Shown: positions 50,833-64,000 of the stretch, piece after piece
Layout: the number at the start of each line of letters is the position of its first letter
How positions within the stretch are numbered: position 1 is the first letter of the stretch
Origin: Chrysomallon squamiferum
Taxonomy: Eukaryota; Animalia; Mollusca
Direction: 5' to 3'
Assembly: GCA_012295275.1 (NCBI GenBank)
Contig: CM022678.1
Location: 8,494,001-8,558,000, forward strand
Length of the DNA: 64,000 bases
Notes under the pieces: generated by a model
Database searches by the model: none
Told to the model about the DNA's origin: nothing
The model's input: the letters and a program-made list of their open reading frames with translations, nothing else
Translations under genes and position numbers: made by a program

Positions 50833-53520
50833 ATAAATTGTATATGGAGGGCAGGCTGTTTAGACTATGAGAGGATGGGACAGAAGCCAGTAACACAAAC
50901 ATAACAACTCAGCCAACAGAAACAAAAATATAGACCACAGCAACACAAGCCAACCTCTCACCAAGACAAACCAATTCAGTCAGTGCAATACAACAAGGGA
51001 GGAGGACAAGTCTTACAAAGCAAAAACAGTGTTGAGTAAATGTCAGTAAACTCTCTCATTTGTAAAAATACCCAAAACAAAAATCATAAAGAAATAAGCC
51101 CTTAAGTTTTAAAAATAACAGAGATTAATGTGTGAGGTTTGGGAAGAAACCCACCTAATAATGTAATAAAGAAAAATCCTTATAATAAGCTGCAAGAAAG
51201 GAAGTCAGAAAAGCCAGAAGAAGATATAAACAATCTGGTGGAAGCATACTGAAAGCTGACTTGAAGTATGAAGAGAATCAGTATAAACAAACTCTAAACA
51301 GAGCTGTTAGGGAATATAGAACATATATTAAACAAAAAATGAAAATACTAAAAACTTCAAAACCCAACTTCAGTTGTGGTCAGTTCTAAACAGAAATAAA
51401 CAGGGATGGTCAAAAGTGGATTGTCAATTGCTTCTTTATTTCATTTTTTCAAAACTATTAATTTCAATGTTGATGAAAATTTGCCTGATCATGTAACACC
51501 AACAGAAGAATAACACACTAATGATAAGAAACCACTAATGATATTTTGAACAAGACTTTTTCAGCCAAAGAAATATCTAGTGAAGAGACTCCACTGTAAT
51601 TGATCAGCTGTAGAAGACTTTATTATCAGTGAACATGTTAATTATACTGCTAATGTAATGCTGCTTTTATATGTACTGTTAGTCTATTGTTTAATGTTAT
51701 TCTTGACTCAGCAATTATACCATCCGATTGGTTAGTGGAACTCATCAAACCAATATGTAAAAATAAAGCTGCTCGAAAAGACCCTGAAAATTATACACAT
51801 ATCACATTATTAATTTGCTTAGGTAAATTATTTACATCTGTACTTAATTCTGGATTAAATATGTGTGCAGATGAAACAAACCTGATTTCAGAAAATCAAG
51901 CTGGATTTCGTTAAAATTATTCAATGACAGACCATATATTTTCTTTATACTCGCTAATTATTTTAACGAACAAATGTAAAAAGAAATAGTATTGTGCTTT
52001 TATAGATTTTGAGAAAGTGTTTGATTATGGAATAAGTTAATTAGGTCTGGTATAAATGGAAAATGTTTTATTGTCTTAGTAAATATGTATGAAGATACTA
52101 AGGCTAGAATTACAGCAAACGGTTTGTTACCTGATAGTTTTAATTGTGAAATTGGTGTCAGGCAAAGAGAAAAAAAAATAACCATTTTTATTCTTCTGTT
52201 TTTCTAAAAGACTTAGACAAATTTCTTATAGTTAATAAGGCAAATGGACTAGAATCAATTACAACATGTAGTGAAGAATTTAATGTTTATTTAAAGTCTT
52301 TTTCTTATTCTTATGTTGATGATAAAAAACCCTGTTAGAAGAATCAACTGATGCTCTACAACATAATCTTAACATTTTTTTATTTTTACTCCTGACTATG
52401 GACACCTTAAAGTTAATACAAATAAAAAAAAAAATAATGATTTTCTGTAAAAAAAAACAAACTAGTAACTATTACACTTAACAAAACTTTAGCAATTGTT
52501 TTTGAAACTGAGGAAAACAACTAATAAATTTGAATAAATGGGAATAGTAGCTGAAAACATATCAACAATAATTATGTAAAAACAAAAGTAAAAAAAGTAT
52601 AAAAATGATTACCTGTAATATTAACAATGATGACGTAAAAATAAAAAAATAAAAGATTTATTTTCATATTCATGTATATTTTTAAAATTGAGTATTAGTG
52701 TGTGTAGCAAAGATACCAACTGTTTAATAAAAAACAAATAAAAAAAACAAGTTGATTCCTACATAAATATAGATCAACATATAAAGTATCTATACTTTTC
52801 TTATATTTGTATAATATATAATGTTTTTAAAAAAACAAATACTGTAGATTAAATACTGAGGATTTGTAACAAGGTGTAGTTAAACTGTATTAACTTAGAA
52901 CATGACAGTCAAACACAAAACTCTTACATTAACTAGTTTCCTGCTGTCTCTGTCTACAAGCCTCTTGGTGAGTAACCAGGTTGGCAGAACACTGTTGATG
53001 CTGAGATATGCAGCTACATTTGCCCTAAAACAAAAAATAAAGTAAGTAAATTTCAAAAACAGTAAATACTGTAACATTACAATATTTGCTTGTTACCATT
53101 GTTGAAAATCTACTTTCTTATTTTATTTCTTATTATTATGTGCTATTATCATCATCATCATTATAATTCATCTTTTTCTTCTTATTATTGTTTTCAATTT
53201 TATTATTACTATGATTATGATTATTATTATTATTATTAATATTTATTGATGCAAAAAATTTAAATTTGTATGAAAACAATATCCGCATATCCCTTTTTTC
53301 AAAATCATATTTATTTTATATACATGTTCATCATAATACATATTATTATTTACAAATAAACAATAAAATTATATATAATATTAATATTGTAACATTGAGA
53401 TGGCATTATGTAACTTATAAAAGCTGGTAGTAAACTGAATTACCTGTCCATTATACACAGCATCTGTTTACAAACATGTTGAGCACATCTGAGTGAGTGA
53501 GTCTGTACAAATGTCTCTTA
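50833..53520. repeat. Segmental duplication block B (copy of ~20765-23465), including LINE RT fragment ~50833-52450
   Basis: Colinear near-identity; ORFs MFNVILDSAIIP and MLQYLLFLKF are duplicated. Confidence 0.95.
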
Positions 53521-54348
53521 ACAGCCAGCTGTGGAGAAGTGATTGCTTTTCACTGAACTGTGCACTACACACATGGTCAAGTGGTCATCTTTGGCCTGAC
53601 AGAACCTGGCCTTTTTTCTGGACAGAAGAGGGCTTGTTTATCCTGTATCAATAAAATTAGTTTACTTCTGCCATGTCGAGCAAATTTGTCATAATTTCAG
53701 ATTTGAGTCGTTTGTTTTTAAGATTGCGCTATAAAAATTAAAATCCAGATTAAAAAAATCAACGTCTTTCACGTTTAAAGCTATTCCTATTTGAAACAGA
53801 GTATCACAACCTTCCTGTCTGTCTACTAAAAATCAAATTCAAAATGTTAATGCCATTTAACAATACTATAAACATTTCACACTGATATGACAGATGAGTA
53901 TCAGACTTGTGAGGAGGCGCAAGCAAACAAGGACAATGTTTGTGATGTAGTTACTCTGTAACTGATGATTATAGTAATAATATCTCATTATGGGAAAAAG
54001 TGAAGAAGACAAAATCTCAAATAAGATATATTGATGCTTTTTCCCACTCACTCAAGTACACACAATTACACTGAGTCAAAAGCTACTTCAAACTCTTTAT
54101 TACATTTATAAGTCATACAAAATTTGAAAGGTTTACGTCAGACACCCATTTCTACCATCTTCTTGTGTGGTCATGCTAAAACTGGAAATATCAGCTTCTT
54201 CTATGCCAGTTATTTTTACTACCCTTAACTACCCTTAACTTCAGATCTTAAATTACAGATTTGTATCTTGAAGATTATTAAAAGCCAGAAATAAATTGTT
54301 AGTAATGCAACAAAAACTATTTACAAAGATAAGAAAACTTTTAAAAAC

Positions 54349-54380
<32 letters not shown>

Positions 54381-56661
54381 GATTAAAAAAGCTAAATTAA
54401 TAAAATATAATAAATAAATAAATTTTTAAATAATAAACTTTTATAAAAAAAAATTTTTAAAAAAAAAAAACAACAACAATAATAAAATAAACCACTGAAA
54501 ACACATACAATTTTAAAACAATTCAGTTAAAAAAAAAAAAATCTTAAATAAACTCATAGTAGAGAAAAATATTTAAATTTATTCAATAAGGACATTAGTA
54601 AATATCTAAAAATGAATAAAATAAAAAATTGGAAAAAAAAAAAAAAAAAAAAAAAACAAAATTACAAAAACCAAAAGAAAAAGTATAAAAGAAAAAAATT
54701 AAACCTACTGCACAGTAATGATAAAAAATTACACACACTCTTGTATCAGGTTTATAAATCAGAAATAACTTTTAACAAGACAAAAATGATAAATAATATA
54801 AATAAAAAAAAAAGTGAAAACCTATATTTTAAGTCTGCTTATGTAACAATATTTTTCTTAATGTCCTAATTATCTCATTTAAATTTTCATTAATAATGTA
54901 ATCAACTGTAATTAAATTTTGTTTGTTCTAATACATACATTTTGAACACAAATCTTGTAAAATATCAAAAAAGTCGTTATAAAATTAATTATATTTTTAC
55001 AAAATTTAAAACTCTAAATAAAGAGCGTTTTAATAGTAAACATAATCAGAATTTTACATATTGTAACTATTTCCTTACTCTATTGACAAGACAATGTATT
55101 AAAAGAAGCACAATTTATAAAAAAACACACCAAAAAACAACAATTTTTACACATATTTTCATAACCAGTAACATAAATATATTTTAAACCTTTCGACACA
55201 TAATTAAATAATATGATATTTGTGTCATTATTATTTTTTTAATTAGAGAAAAATATTCTTCTCAAATGTGTTGATAGTTAATAAAAATAAATATTAAACT
55301 TCTAATCTGTGTCTTTTTAATTTGCACTCACATCTGAACTTTTAACTTTAATTATTTTTGAATTATATTGGATATCTATAATGTCTGGACATTTCTTATG
55401 CATTTCTTGAAAAAAAAAAAAATGTATATCATCAGAATAAACAAATGTTATACCTTTCTGAATTTACTTTGCAACATTAAATGCCAATTTTGAGTTTGTT
55501 AATCCCAGTGTTTGTTAGTTTACAAACTAACGGAACTTCACCTAATTTACAATACAGCTTCTAAAGAGCCCATGGACGTCTGCATACTATCTTGTATTTT
55601 CTAGTAATTAATAACATGTTCAATCCAAGCCCCACACTGCTGAATCATTAAAGTTGTTGACATATCTCTTGGAATTCTCCTAATTTCTCACCTGATGTTT
55701 TCCACAGAACTCCGTAAAATCCAAACTTCTTGTGCACTTCCACTGCGACTGTTCCAACTGAGTCCTAACGTCCTGCTACACCCAACCATTCACCTGAAAA
55801 TGGAAATAAAACATTAATTTAAGTCTTTAAAATTGCACTGCTTTTTCTGGACTATGTTACAGTATTATCCGATCAATTTATCATATCTATGTAGATACAA
55901 CAATGTAAGAACAATTTCTTCAACAACACTGAAGAAACCATTAAACTGTGAAGTGGAAGTTTGAACATATATTAAATACAGATTGTACATTGCTTTAGTA
56001 TGATGAGTAACAAAAGAAAAAATAATAGTTGTAAAAATGAGAAACAAAAGCAATATTATTAATAACAGCAACAACAATAAGAGTGTCATCAACAAAGAAG
56101 GTAATAATAATTACTGATGATTGTTTTTAATTTTTTTATCATCAAAAATACATCTTTGAAAAGATGACAAACACAAAAAGATGACAAATACAAAAAGATG
56201 ACAAATACAAAAAGATCACGTTCAGTCTGCTGTTCTTATTTCTTTTATGAAACATTTTCTATTTTTTAATCTTTTCACTGATATGGTTGAAACAATTAGT
56301 TCAATCAACTTTATTTTTAAATCTAAAGATAAAATCACATTTACGAAATAGGTTATCTGTTTTATAAAACTGACAGTGCTTGATGCTGAAAATGAGATCT
56401 TATGAATCAAATCGGGGATTAAATTGCATTACTCACTTTTGAGTTGCCACTGAAAATTTTCTTTGTAATTTTTTTTTTTTTTTTTTGTCAGACTTAAAAA
56501 TGCTTCAGTAAAAACGATTATAATAAAAATAAAATTTTATTTACATACATTGATGTTTTTCTAAAAAGTTTCTCTAATCTCTATTCATATAGTTAAGTTT
56601 ATTCTGAATTTTCAGTGGTTTTAATTAGACACATTTTTACAGCCACACAATCTAGGGACAT

Positions 56662-58032
56662 GGGAGCTGTATCAACAGAATGTTAACAGGAACAGAAATA
56701 TCTGCCATAACTCAATAACTGTCAGATGGGAGATGTATCAACAGAATGTTAACAGGAACAGAAATATCTGCCATAACTCAATAACTGTCAGATGGGAGAT
56801 GTATCAACAGAATGTTAACAGGAACAGAAATATCTGCATAACTCAATAACTGTCAGATGGGAGTTGTATCAACAGAATGTTAACAGGAACAGAAATATCT
56901 GCCATAACTCAATAACTGTCAGATGGGGAGTTGTATCAACAGAATGTTAACAGGAATAGAAATATCTGCATAACTCAATAACTGTCAGATGGGAGTTGTA
57001 TCAACAGAATGTTAACAGGAACAGAAATATCTGCATAACTCAATAACTGTCAGATGGGAGTTGTATCAACAGAATGTTAACAGGAACAGAAATATCTGCA
57101 TAACTCAATAACTGTCAGATGGGAGTTGTATCAACAGAATGTTAACAGGAACAGAAATATCTGCATAACTCAATAACTGTCAGATGGGAGATGTATCAAC
57201 AGAATGTTAACAGGAACAGAAATATCTGCATAACTCAATAACTGTCAGATGGGAGTTGTATCAACAGAATGTTAACAGGAATAGAAATATCTGCATAACT
57301 CAATAACTGTCAGATGGGGAGTTGTATCAACAGAATGTTAACAGGAACAGAAATATCTGCATAACTCAATAACTGTCAGATGGGAGTTGTATCAACAGAA
57401 TGTTAACAGGAACAGAAATATCTGCATAACTCAATAACTGTCAGATGGGAGTTGTATCAACAGAATGTTAACAGGAACAGAAATATCTGCATAACTCAAT
57501 AACTGTCAGATGGGGAGTTGTATCAACAGAATGTTAACAGGAACAGAAATATCTGCATAACTCAATAACTGTCAGATGGGAGTTGTATCAACAGAATGTT
57601 AACAGGAACAGAAATATCTGCATAACTCAATAACTGTCAGATGGGAGTTGTATCAACAGAATGTTAACAGGAACAGAAATATCTGCATAACTCAATAACT
57701 GTCAGATGGGAGTTGTATCAACAGAATGTTAACAGGAACAGAAATATCTGCATAACTCAATAACTGTCAGATGGGAGTTGTATCAACAGAATGTTAACAG
57801 GAACAGAAATATCTGCATAACTCAATAACTGTCAGATGGGAGTTGTATCAACAGAATGTTAACAGGAACAGAAATATCTGCATAACTCAATAACTGTCAG
57901 ATGGGAGTTGTATCAACAGAATGTTAACAGGAACAGAAATATCTGCATAACTGAATAACTGTCAGATGGGAGTTGTATCAACAGAATGTTAACAGGAATA
58001 GAAATATCTGCATAACTCAATAACTGTCAGAT
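56662..58032. repeat. Minisatellite, 65-66-bp unit x~21
   Basis: Unit gggagttgtatcaacagaatgttaacaggaacagaaatatctgcataactcaataactgtcagat, highly homogeneous. Confidence 0.98.
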
Positions 58033-58105
58033 GCTACTTAATAAGATCTATTTGGGGATTCTAAGGACTGTGTAAATATGCTAAGTAATTAAAAATGCTT
58101 CAAAC

Positions 58106-58256
58106 TATGCAGGTCTCCGTGACTCCAGTTCTTTTTATGCATCCTTCTGACTGTATTGAGTAAACCTTTGAAATTGTGGAGAGCAAACATTAGGTGACAA
58201 TCTGCATGTATTACATACTTCTCCAAGATGTCTTTCAGTGTGTTTGCTGAATATTG

Positions 58257-58304
<48 letters not shown>

Positions 58305-58689
58305 GAAATAAAAAATAAAATGAAATAGAATGAAAGAATATGCAAATATGTGCTTTGACAAAAATCAGTATGAAAATAGTTCTGATAAGAACTAATATTT
58401 TATTTAACACTAAAAACATTTTGTATCTTCATGCATGATATACTGTGATTTGAATTTCTTTTTTTACACTGATTTATGTTGCATTACTTACTTTCTGAAC
58501 TAGCATCAAAAATTTCATGCAGCCATAATTAAATGTATTTGTAATTAGCCAATTAATAAAATTATACCTATACCTAAGTTTATTATCTGCAGTTGAATAT
58601 AAAATGATAAAAACGAAACAGGTATAGTAGTACTTGTGTGTACATTTGATCTATAATGTTTCTGGATAGCACAGGCAGAAGAGTAATTC

Positions 58690-58720
<31 letters not shown>

Positions 58721-60680
58721 TAAAAAATAAAAGTTTACTTCTTCTCACCTGGTTTAACTATTTCCATGTGAAGATAGATGTTACTTTGGTCAATTCTAAT
58801 TCAAAGCAGTTGGGAAAGGCCTTCGGAACCTCTTAAATCCAACATACATTCACCTTCATTTCTGTTATATTCTCCTAGTGAAAACTGAAATTCAAATTAT
58901 TACACTGCAGTCATGACATTAATGAATGAAAATCACCGAATAAATGGATGGATATTAAAAAAGGAATGAATGAAGAGTATAGATGCATAAAGGATGATAT
59001 CAGTCTATGAATAAAATTATTAATAACAAATGAATAAAGGAATGAATAAAAAATAAATCATAAACAAAATCTCTATTCCACAAATTTTACCAAGTGGTAT
59101 GGTTAAGTACAAGAAAGCATTTCCTATAAAATCAAAGTACACAAGAGGAAATTCAATGAAAGGACTATTTTAATAAATAAAACACTTTTCTATGCCTCTT
59201 GATTGACTAACCAGTGGAAATTAAATGCTTTATTTATTTATAGTAACTCACTATCTTCATCACATGTTCTGTATTAGTTCCAGGATTAATTTCAATGACC
59301 GTAGGATTGCTTTCAATTCCATGAATAATAGGGCCACACTCAAAATCCTCCAGTTCTTCGCTTTTCTGTGTTATGGTTATCTGTAATTATATTCATAGAT
59401 ATAGGATTACATCTATCCACTTTTCTATTTTAACTGTAAATATTCAGTCAATTTTCTTACAAATGGACAGAAGATATCAAATAGTAACATATTTCTTACA
59501 TTGTACATCTAATTTTAATTATAAATACTTGTGTAATTCTTTCTAACACACACACACATACATACACACACACTGAAGTTGATTCATTATGAAATACATT
59601 AAAATATATATATCAATAATAACTGCAATAATAATATTAAGGATTAGCAATGTTGAAAGGAAAAAAAAGTACAAAACACACTGGAGAGTAAGCCAAGTTT
59701 CCAAAAATACAGAAGCAAATTTGAGCCAGGTCATATACAACATAAATTTATCTAAATAGGTAAACTGACCAAATACAAACCATTTATAAAAACAATATTT
59801 CTGGAATAGAAGTTGAAATTTTTCTAACACAAAATTAATACACAGTTCTTTACAAAAAAGGTTTGTTTAAATTAAAATTTCAGTTATTAAAAGATGTGAA
59901 TTTTTTTATAAAAAAGTGTTATAACAATATTGTTTAATTAACCCAGTGTCATAACAATAGTTTTATTAACCCAAAATAAGATTAATAAAAAAAATATTAA
60001 ACTAAAACAATTCTTACAACATTTGCACTGGTCCCTGGCAAATCTGTTGGGCTTTCCGCAGTTCTAGGTTCTTGTCCTGTGTCTGTGGGCTCAGGCTGAC
60101 CTGAAACTGCTCCCTCAGACTGAAACAACAACAACAGCAGGAACGATGTTAACAGCAACAACAACAGTAATAATAATAATAAAGAAAAAATAAAAATAAA
60201 ATAAGATTTTAATGAAATTGAAACATTACAATGTTTCAGATGGAATTTGTTTTGAATTTTAATGTAAATACTTCTCCACTCTTTTCCAGTAAATGTGTTA
60301 ATTATTTGCATCTGAAATTAACATCTGTATTTGTGCATGTATGTCTGTTTGTCTTTGGTTATGTTTTTATGTCTGTCTCTATGTATTTGTATTTATGGTT
60401 TGTGTATGTGTGAGAAAGAGAAAGACAGAGTGGAAGAAAGAAAATGTAAGGTGTGGGGGGGACAAAGAGTGAGGAGGGGGATGTGTATGTATGTGTCTGT
60501 GTCTACATATATGTGTGTATGTCTGCATGCATGTATTTGAGTGTACATGTGCATGCACAAGTGTGTGTTTCAGTAATATTTTAAAATAATATTTACAGAA
60601 AAGAAACATACAGGATCAGACTGAGAGGTGTTAGATGACATTCCACTGCTCAGCACATTGTTCGCCGGCTCTGAAAATTA
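58106..60680 (-). pseudogene. Spliced protein kinase-like gene (N-lobe to catalytic loop), one in-frame TGA, C-lobe not found
   Basis: Phase-consistent exons: ~60611-60680 (PANNVLSSGMSSNTSQSDP); 60018-60119 (102 nt); 59252-59380 (129 nt, ...NPGTNTEHVMKI); 58749-58884 (136 nt, FSLGEYNRNEGECMLDLRGSEGLSQLL*IRIDQSNIYLHMEIVKP); 58106-58246 (ANTLKDIL...FALHNFKGLLNTVRRMHKKNWSHGDLH). These match kinase subdomains II-VIb. Confidence 0.75.
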
Positions 60681-61170
60681 AACATTTGTTATTATACACC
60701 TACAACCATGTAACAAACAGAATAGGAGATAAAAAACTTGTCCAATTCCACCCCACAAAACAAAATCAAAATATTACATTCATTAAGAAAAGATTACAAA
60801 ATCCATGTGTTCTATTTAATTCTGGTTTCAGTCAGATATGCAAATTTTGGCTCTGTCCTGTGAAAGGTGAAGTAACCTAAATTTCTTTTACTTCTGAGTG
60901 AGCAAAAATGATTTTTTTTATTCTCTAGCATTTTTATGATCCATGAAATAGAACCAGACTGAAGGAAAAAAACAAATTTATTAAAATGTATTACTACAGA
61001 TGAACCTGACACTTTTCTTCTTCTTTTTTTTTTTACTACATTAACAAAATCAGCCCTAAAACAACCAGTAAATTAAACTTCTATGTCAAGTAAAATCATT
61101 TGGTCCATTATAAATACTAAGTTTAATTATCAGACATAACCCAAACTTTCATGTAGCGGTTTGTAAAGTT

Positions 61171-61240
61171 TCAGCTCAGTCTTTTGAAAACAAGTGTGAG
61201 ACTTAATGATCTGTAGGTTCAATCCTTCTTAGTTGGCAAT
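61171..61240 (+). other. Degenerate tRNA-like / SINE-head remnant
   Basis: AGCTCAGT (A-box-like) and GGTTCAATCC (B-box-like, 61216-61225) at tRNA-like spacing; no convincing cloverleaf. Confidence 0.25.
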
Positions 61241-64000
61241 TTCATTTAATTCAGTAACTTTGTTCCTGTTGATGGTTGAAAGGTAATTTAGTAAAAAAAA
61301 AAAAAAAAAACAGCTAACAAAACAATTTAACAACATTGTATATTTCAGTCTTGTTTTAATGATTTTGTGAAAATAAGATAAAGTTGATGAAATAATTTAT
61401 CATATATTTGTGTATATTGTATATGAATCAATTATGATGTGTATGTGTGTGTGTGTGTGTGTGTTAGAGAGAATTACTTGAGTATTTATTTTTATATCTT
61501 AATATCTAATGTCCATTTATAAGAAAACTGAATAAAAAAAGAAAAGAAAAAGAAAGTGTGTCTGTATACAAATACTTTGTACATTTCCAAACTGAGATCT
61601 CAAACAAGTGATAGGAAATAACTGTTTAGTGTTGAATGATACCAGCTATATCCAGTAAAGGTTAAAATGACCTGATTCAATGAGGCTAAAGCTGTATGTC
61701 AAACCAAAACAATTTGTTACTTTTTAAATAAAAAGTGCATTCAAATTGGTCATTTAAGATTTATACTACATTAACAAAATCAGCCCTAAAACAACCAGTA
61801 AATTAACCTTCTATGTCAAGCCAAATCCTATTTATAACCCAATAAAATAATTACACCCTACATATGACCAGAAAAAACAACACACAAATGAACAAACATT
61901 GCAAGGAGTAACTTGCACAGATGGGTTAACACTTACAACAGAATGTTGATTCAACAAAAGCCAGTTCTTCTCACTCAGTGAACAATAACACTAATGTGCT
62001 CAAGTGAACTTCGGTTTCACGATAACAACAACATGTACAGTGCAACGGAAGTAAAGATTAAATATTCCTAACAGTAGTACTTGTAGAATGTTCAGTTCAA
62101 TAGAGGCAATAATAATAATGATAATAATAAAAAATAGTAATAAATAAATAAATCTGTATCCACAAGAGAACAATAACACAAACAAGAATTCAATATGGAT
62201 AATTGTTTTATATATCTATACATATTTCATAAAAAATTAAACATAATGGCAACACATAATTTAATCGTCCCACAGAATATAAAAGCAAATAGCATTGATA
62301 GATTATACTAAACTATTTAAGCCTCGTTGGTTACTTTAACTTTCTAACTAATCTTTTAGTTATTAAAATAAGTTTTTAGTTTGTTACTTGGTTTTTGAGC
62401 GCAAGTACGTACCACAGAATAGCACAACAGAATATCCATCAGTAATCGATTTAGCTATCTTCAATCAACACGTTACATAAACCAAAACATTTAAAACAAA
62501 ATTACCATTGTCTTTTTCTTGTGCCAAAGCCCTCAGACAACATATCTCATGAAGGCTCACAATCAAGAGATATCGTCTAAAACGCTCGTCGAATACTTAT
62601 AGACATTGCACAGACGTTCAATAAACAGCTCCGCAGACAGCCTTTCTGAATTACTTTGCAACTTTAATGTCACTTTTGACTTTGTTAATCCAAGTGTTTT
62701 TTAGTTTATAAAATAACAGAACTTACCCTAATTTACAATATAGCTTAGCTTCTAAACAGCCTGTGGACGTCTGCGTACGTTCTGCTATTTAGCTTTTGTG
62801 TATTTACTATTCTCATACATAATGTGTACAGAATACATCTTTTGTCCTCCTTTTAATACATTATGATTATCTTGTCAATACAAAAATTAGCTAAAACTGA
62901 ACAGTAATATATTGAATAAAACAAACTGCGTAGAACCATGTAGAACCATATTCAAATTTCTCAGAAAGTTATGATTAAAAATCTTGTAAAATATCAAAAA
63001 TGATTTGTGAAAAAAGTTCTTATAAAATTAATTACATTTATACAAAATTTAAAACTCTAGTTTAAAAGTATAAAAAATAAATAGCATTTAAATAGTAAAT
63101 ATCATCAGAATTACATATTATAAGTATTTCCTTACTGTATTGACAAGACAATGCATTAAAACAAACACAATTTATATATGTAAAAAAAAAAAAAAAAAAA
63201 ACATTTCTGAGTATAGAATTTTGTTACAGTATAACCAGATAATCTTCAAGACATGATTTGTAAATTACAGGAAAGACAAATAGAAAATTTTCAAAGATCG
63301 ACCCATACATAACAGACTGTTTGTTTCTGTACTGATCACCCCAGTTTTCTCAGTCAGTTCAGTAACCACAGCAAATACTCCCAGTTTGAATACTGCATAG
63401 TTCACAAGTTTTCAGGTAAATGTGTTATTCAGAAAATGATGCCTGAGAAAACAATAAGTGATACGAACAAAATTCTGCAGATAATATGATAATAACCTAT
63501 ATTTGTGAGCTGTGATCATTAGAATATAGGCAGACAGGAGAAATGTTTGTTAAAATTTCAAAAACTGAGAGGGTTATATCTTGTAAACTGCTTGAATGGT
63601 TATCCTAAAAATGGAAATATGAGCTTCTTCTACAACAGTTACCATTATTACCAATTTATAAACATTTAGTTATCCAAAATTATTTTATTTAAACAGGTAA
63701 TACAGAGTTAGATAAATCTAGTGCTGAGATTCAAGCCAGAATATTTCTTTACAATTTTTACATCGTTTTCTTTTGAAGCTAGTAATGATATAATAGCAAC
63801 ATATTTTTCAGATATGCTGATGACAACTTCAAATCTTAAATTACAGAATCATATCTTGAACATTATTAATAAATAAAAGCCACAAATAAACTGTCAGTAG
63901 TCAACAGAAACAGTTTATAAATTTTTTTAAAATTAATTAAAATAACTAAAATAAACCAGATTACACAAGAAAAGCAAGAAGGAAAAAATAACAAATTAAA

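Noticed and set aside
56662-58032. CRISPR-like array
   Set aside because: The units are contiguous tandem repeats with no unique spacers, there are no cas genes, and the context is eukaryotic. The same applies to 16311-16846.
58801-58803. TGA as selenocysteine or programmed readthrough
   Set aside because: The position corresponds to a Gly rather than a Cys, no SECIS was identified, and a GGA>TGA nonsense change is simpler.

Overview
AT-rich, microsatellite-dense eukaryotic genomic DNA. The gene and repeat families (nSTAND3-ankyrin, TRIM RING+NHL, EGF-exon arrays, piggyBac, CR1/L2-type LINE) suggest an invertebrate, probably a mollusc; that is inference. There is a 200-N assembly gap at 25478-25677. 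The window is dominated by a nested segmental duplication: 1-9.1 kb recurs at 35.8-42.5 and 43.1-49.7 kb, and 20.8-23.5 kb recurs at 50.8-53.5 kb. It holds a cluster of decaying genes, mostly of innate-immune or signalling type: a multi-exon EGF/cbEGF pseudogene (two copies), an nSTAND3-ankyrin pseudogene, a possible death-fold gene remnant, a TRIM gene with a frameshifted RING exon but an intact 492-aa coiled-coil/NHL ORF, and a spliced atypical non-RD (HGDLH) kinase gene with one in-frame TGA. Also present are a decayed piggyBac, LINE fragments, two long minisatellites (67 bp x8 and 65 bp x21) and a CpG-rich promoter-like module in four copies carrying a palindromic double Smad/Schnurri-type element. 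I found no intact novel multi-gene system, and most short ORFs in the supplied track are microsatellite artefacts.
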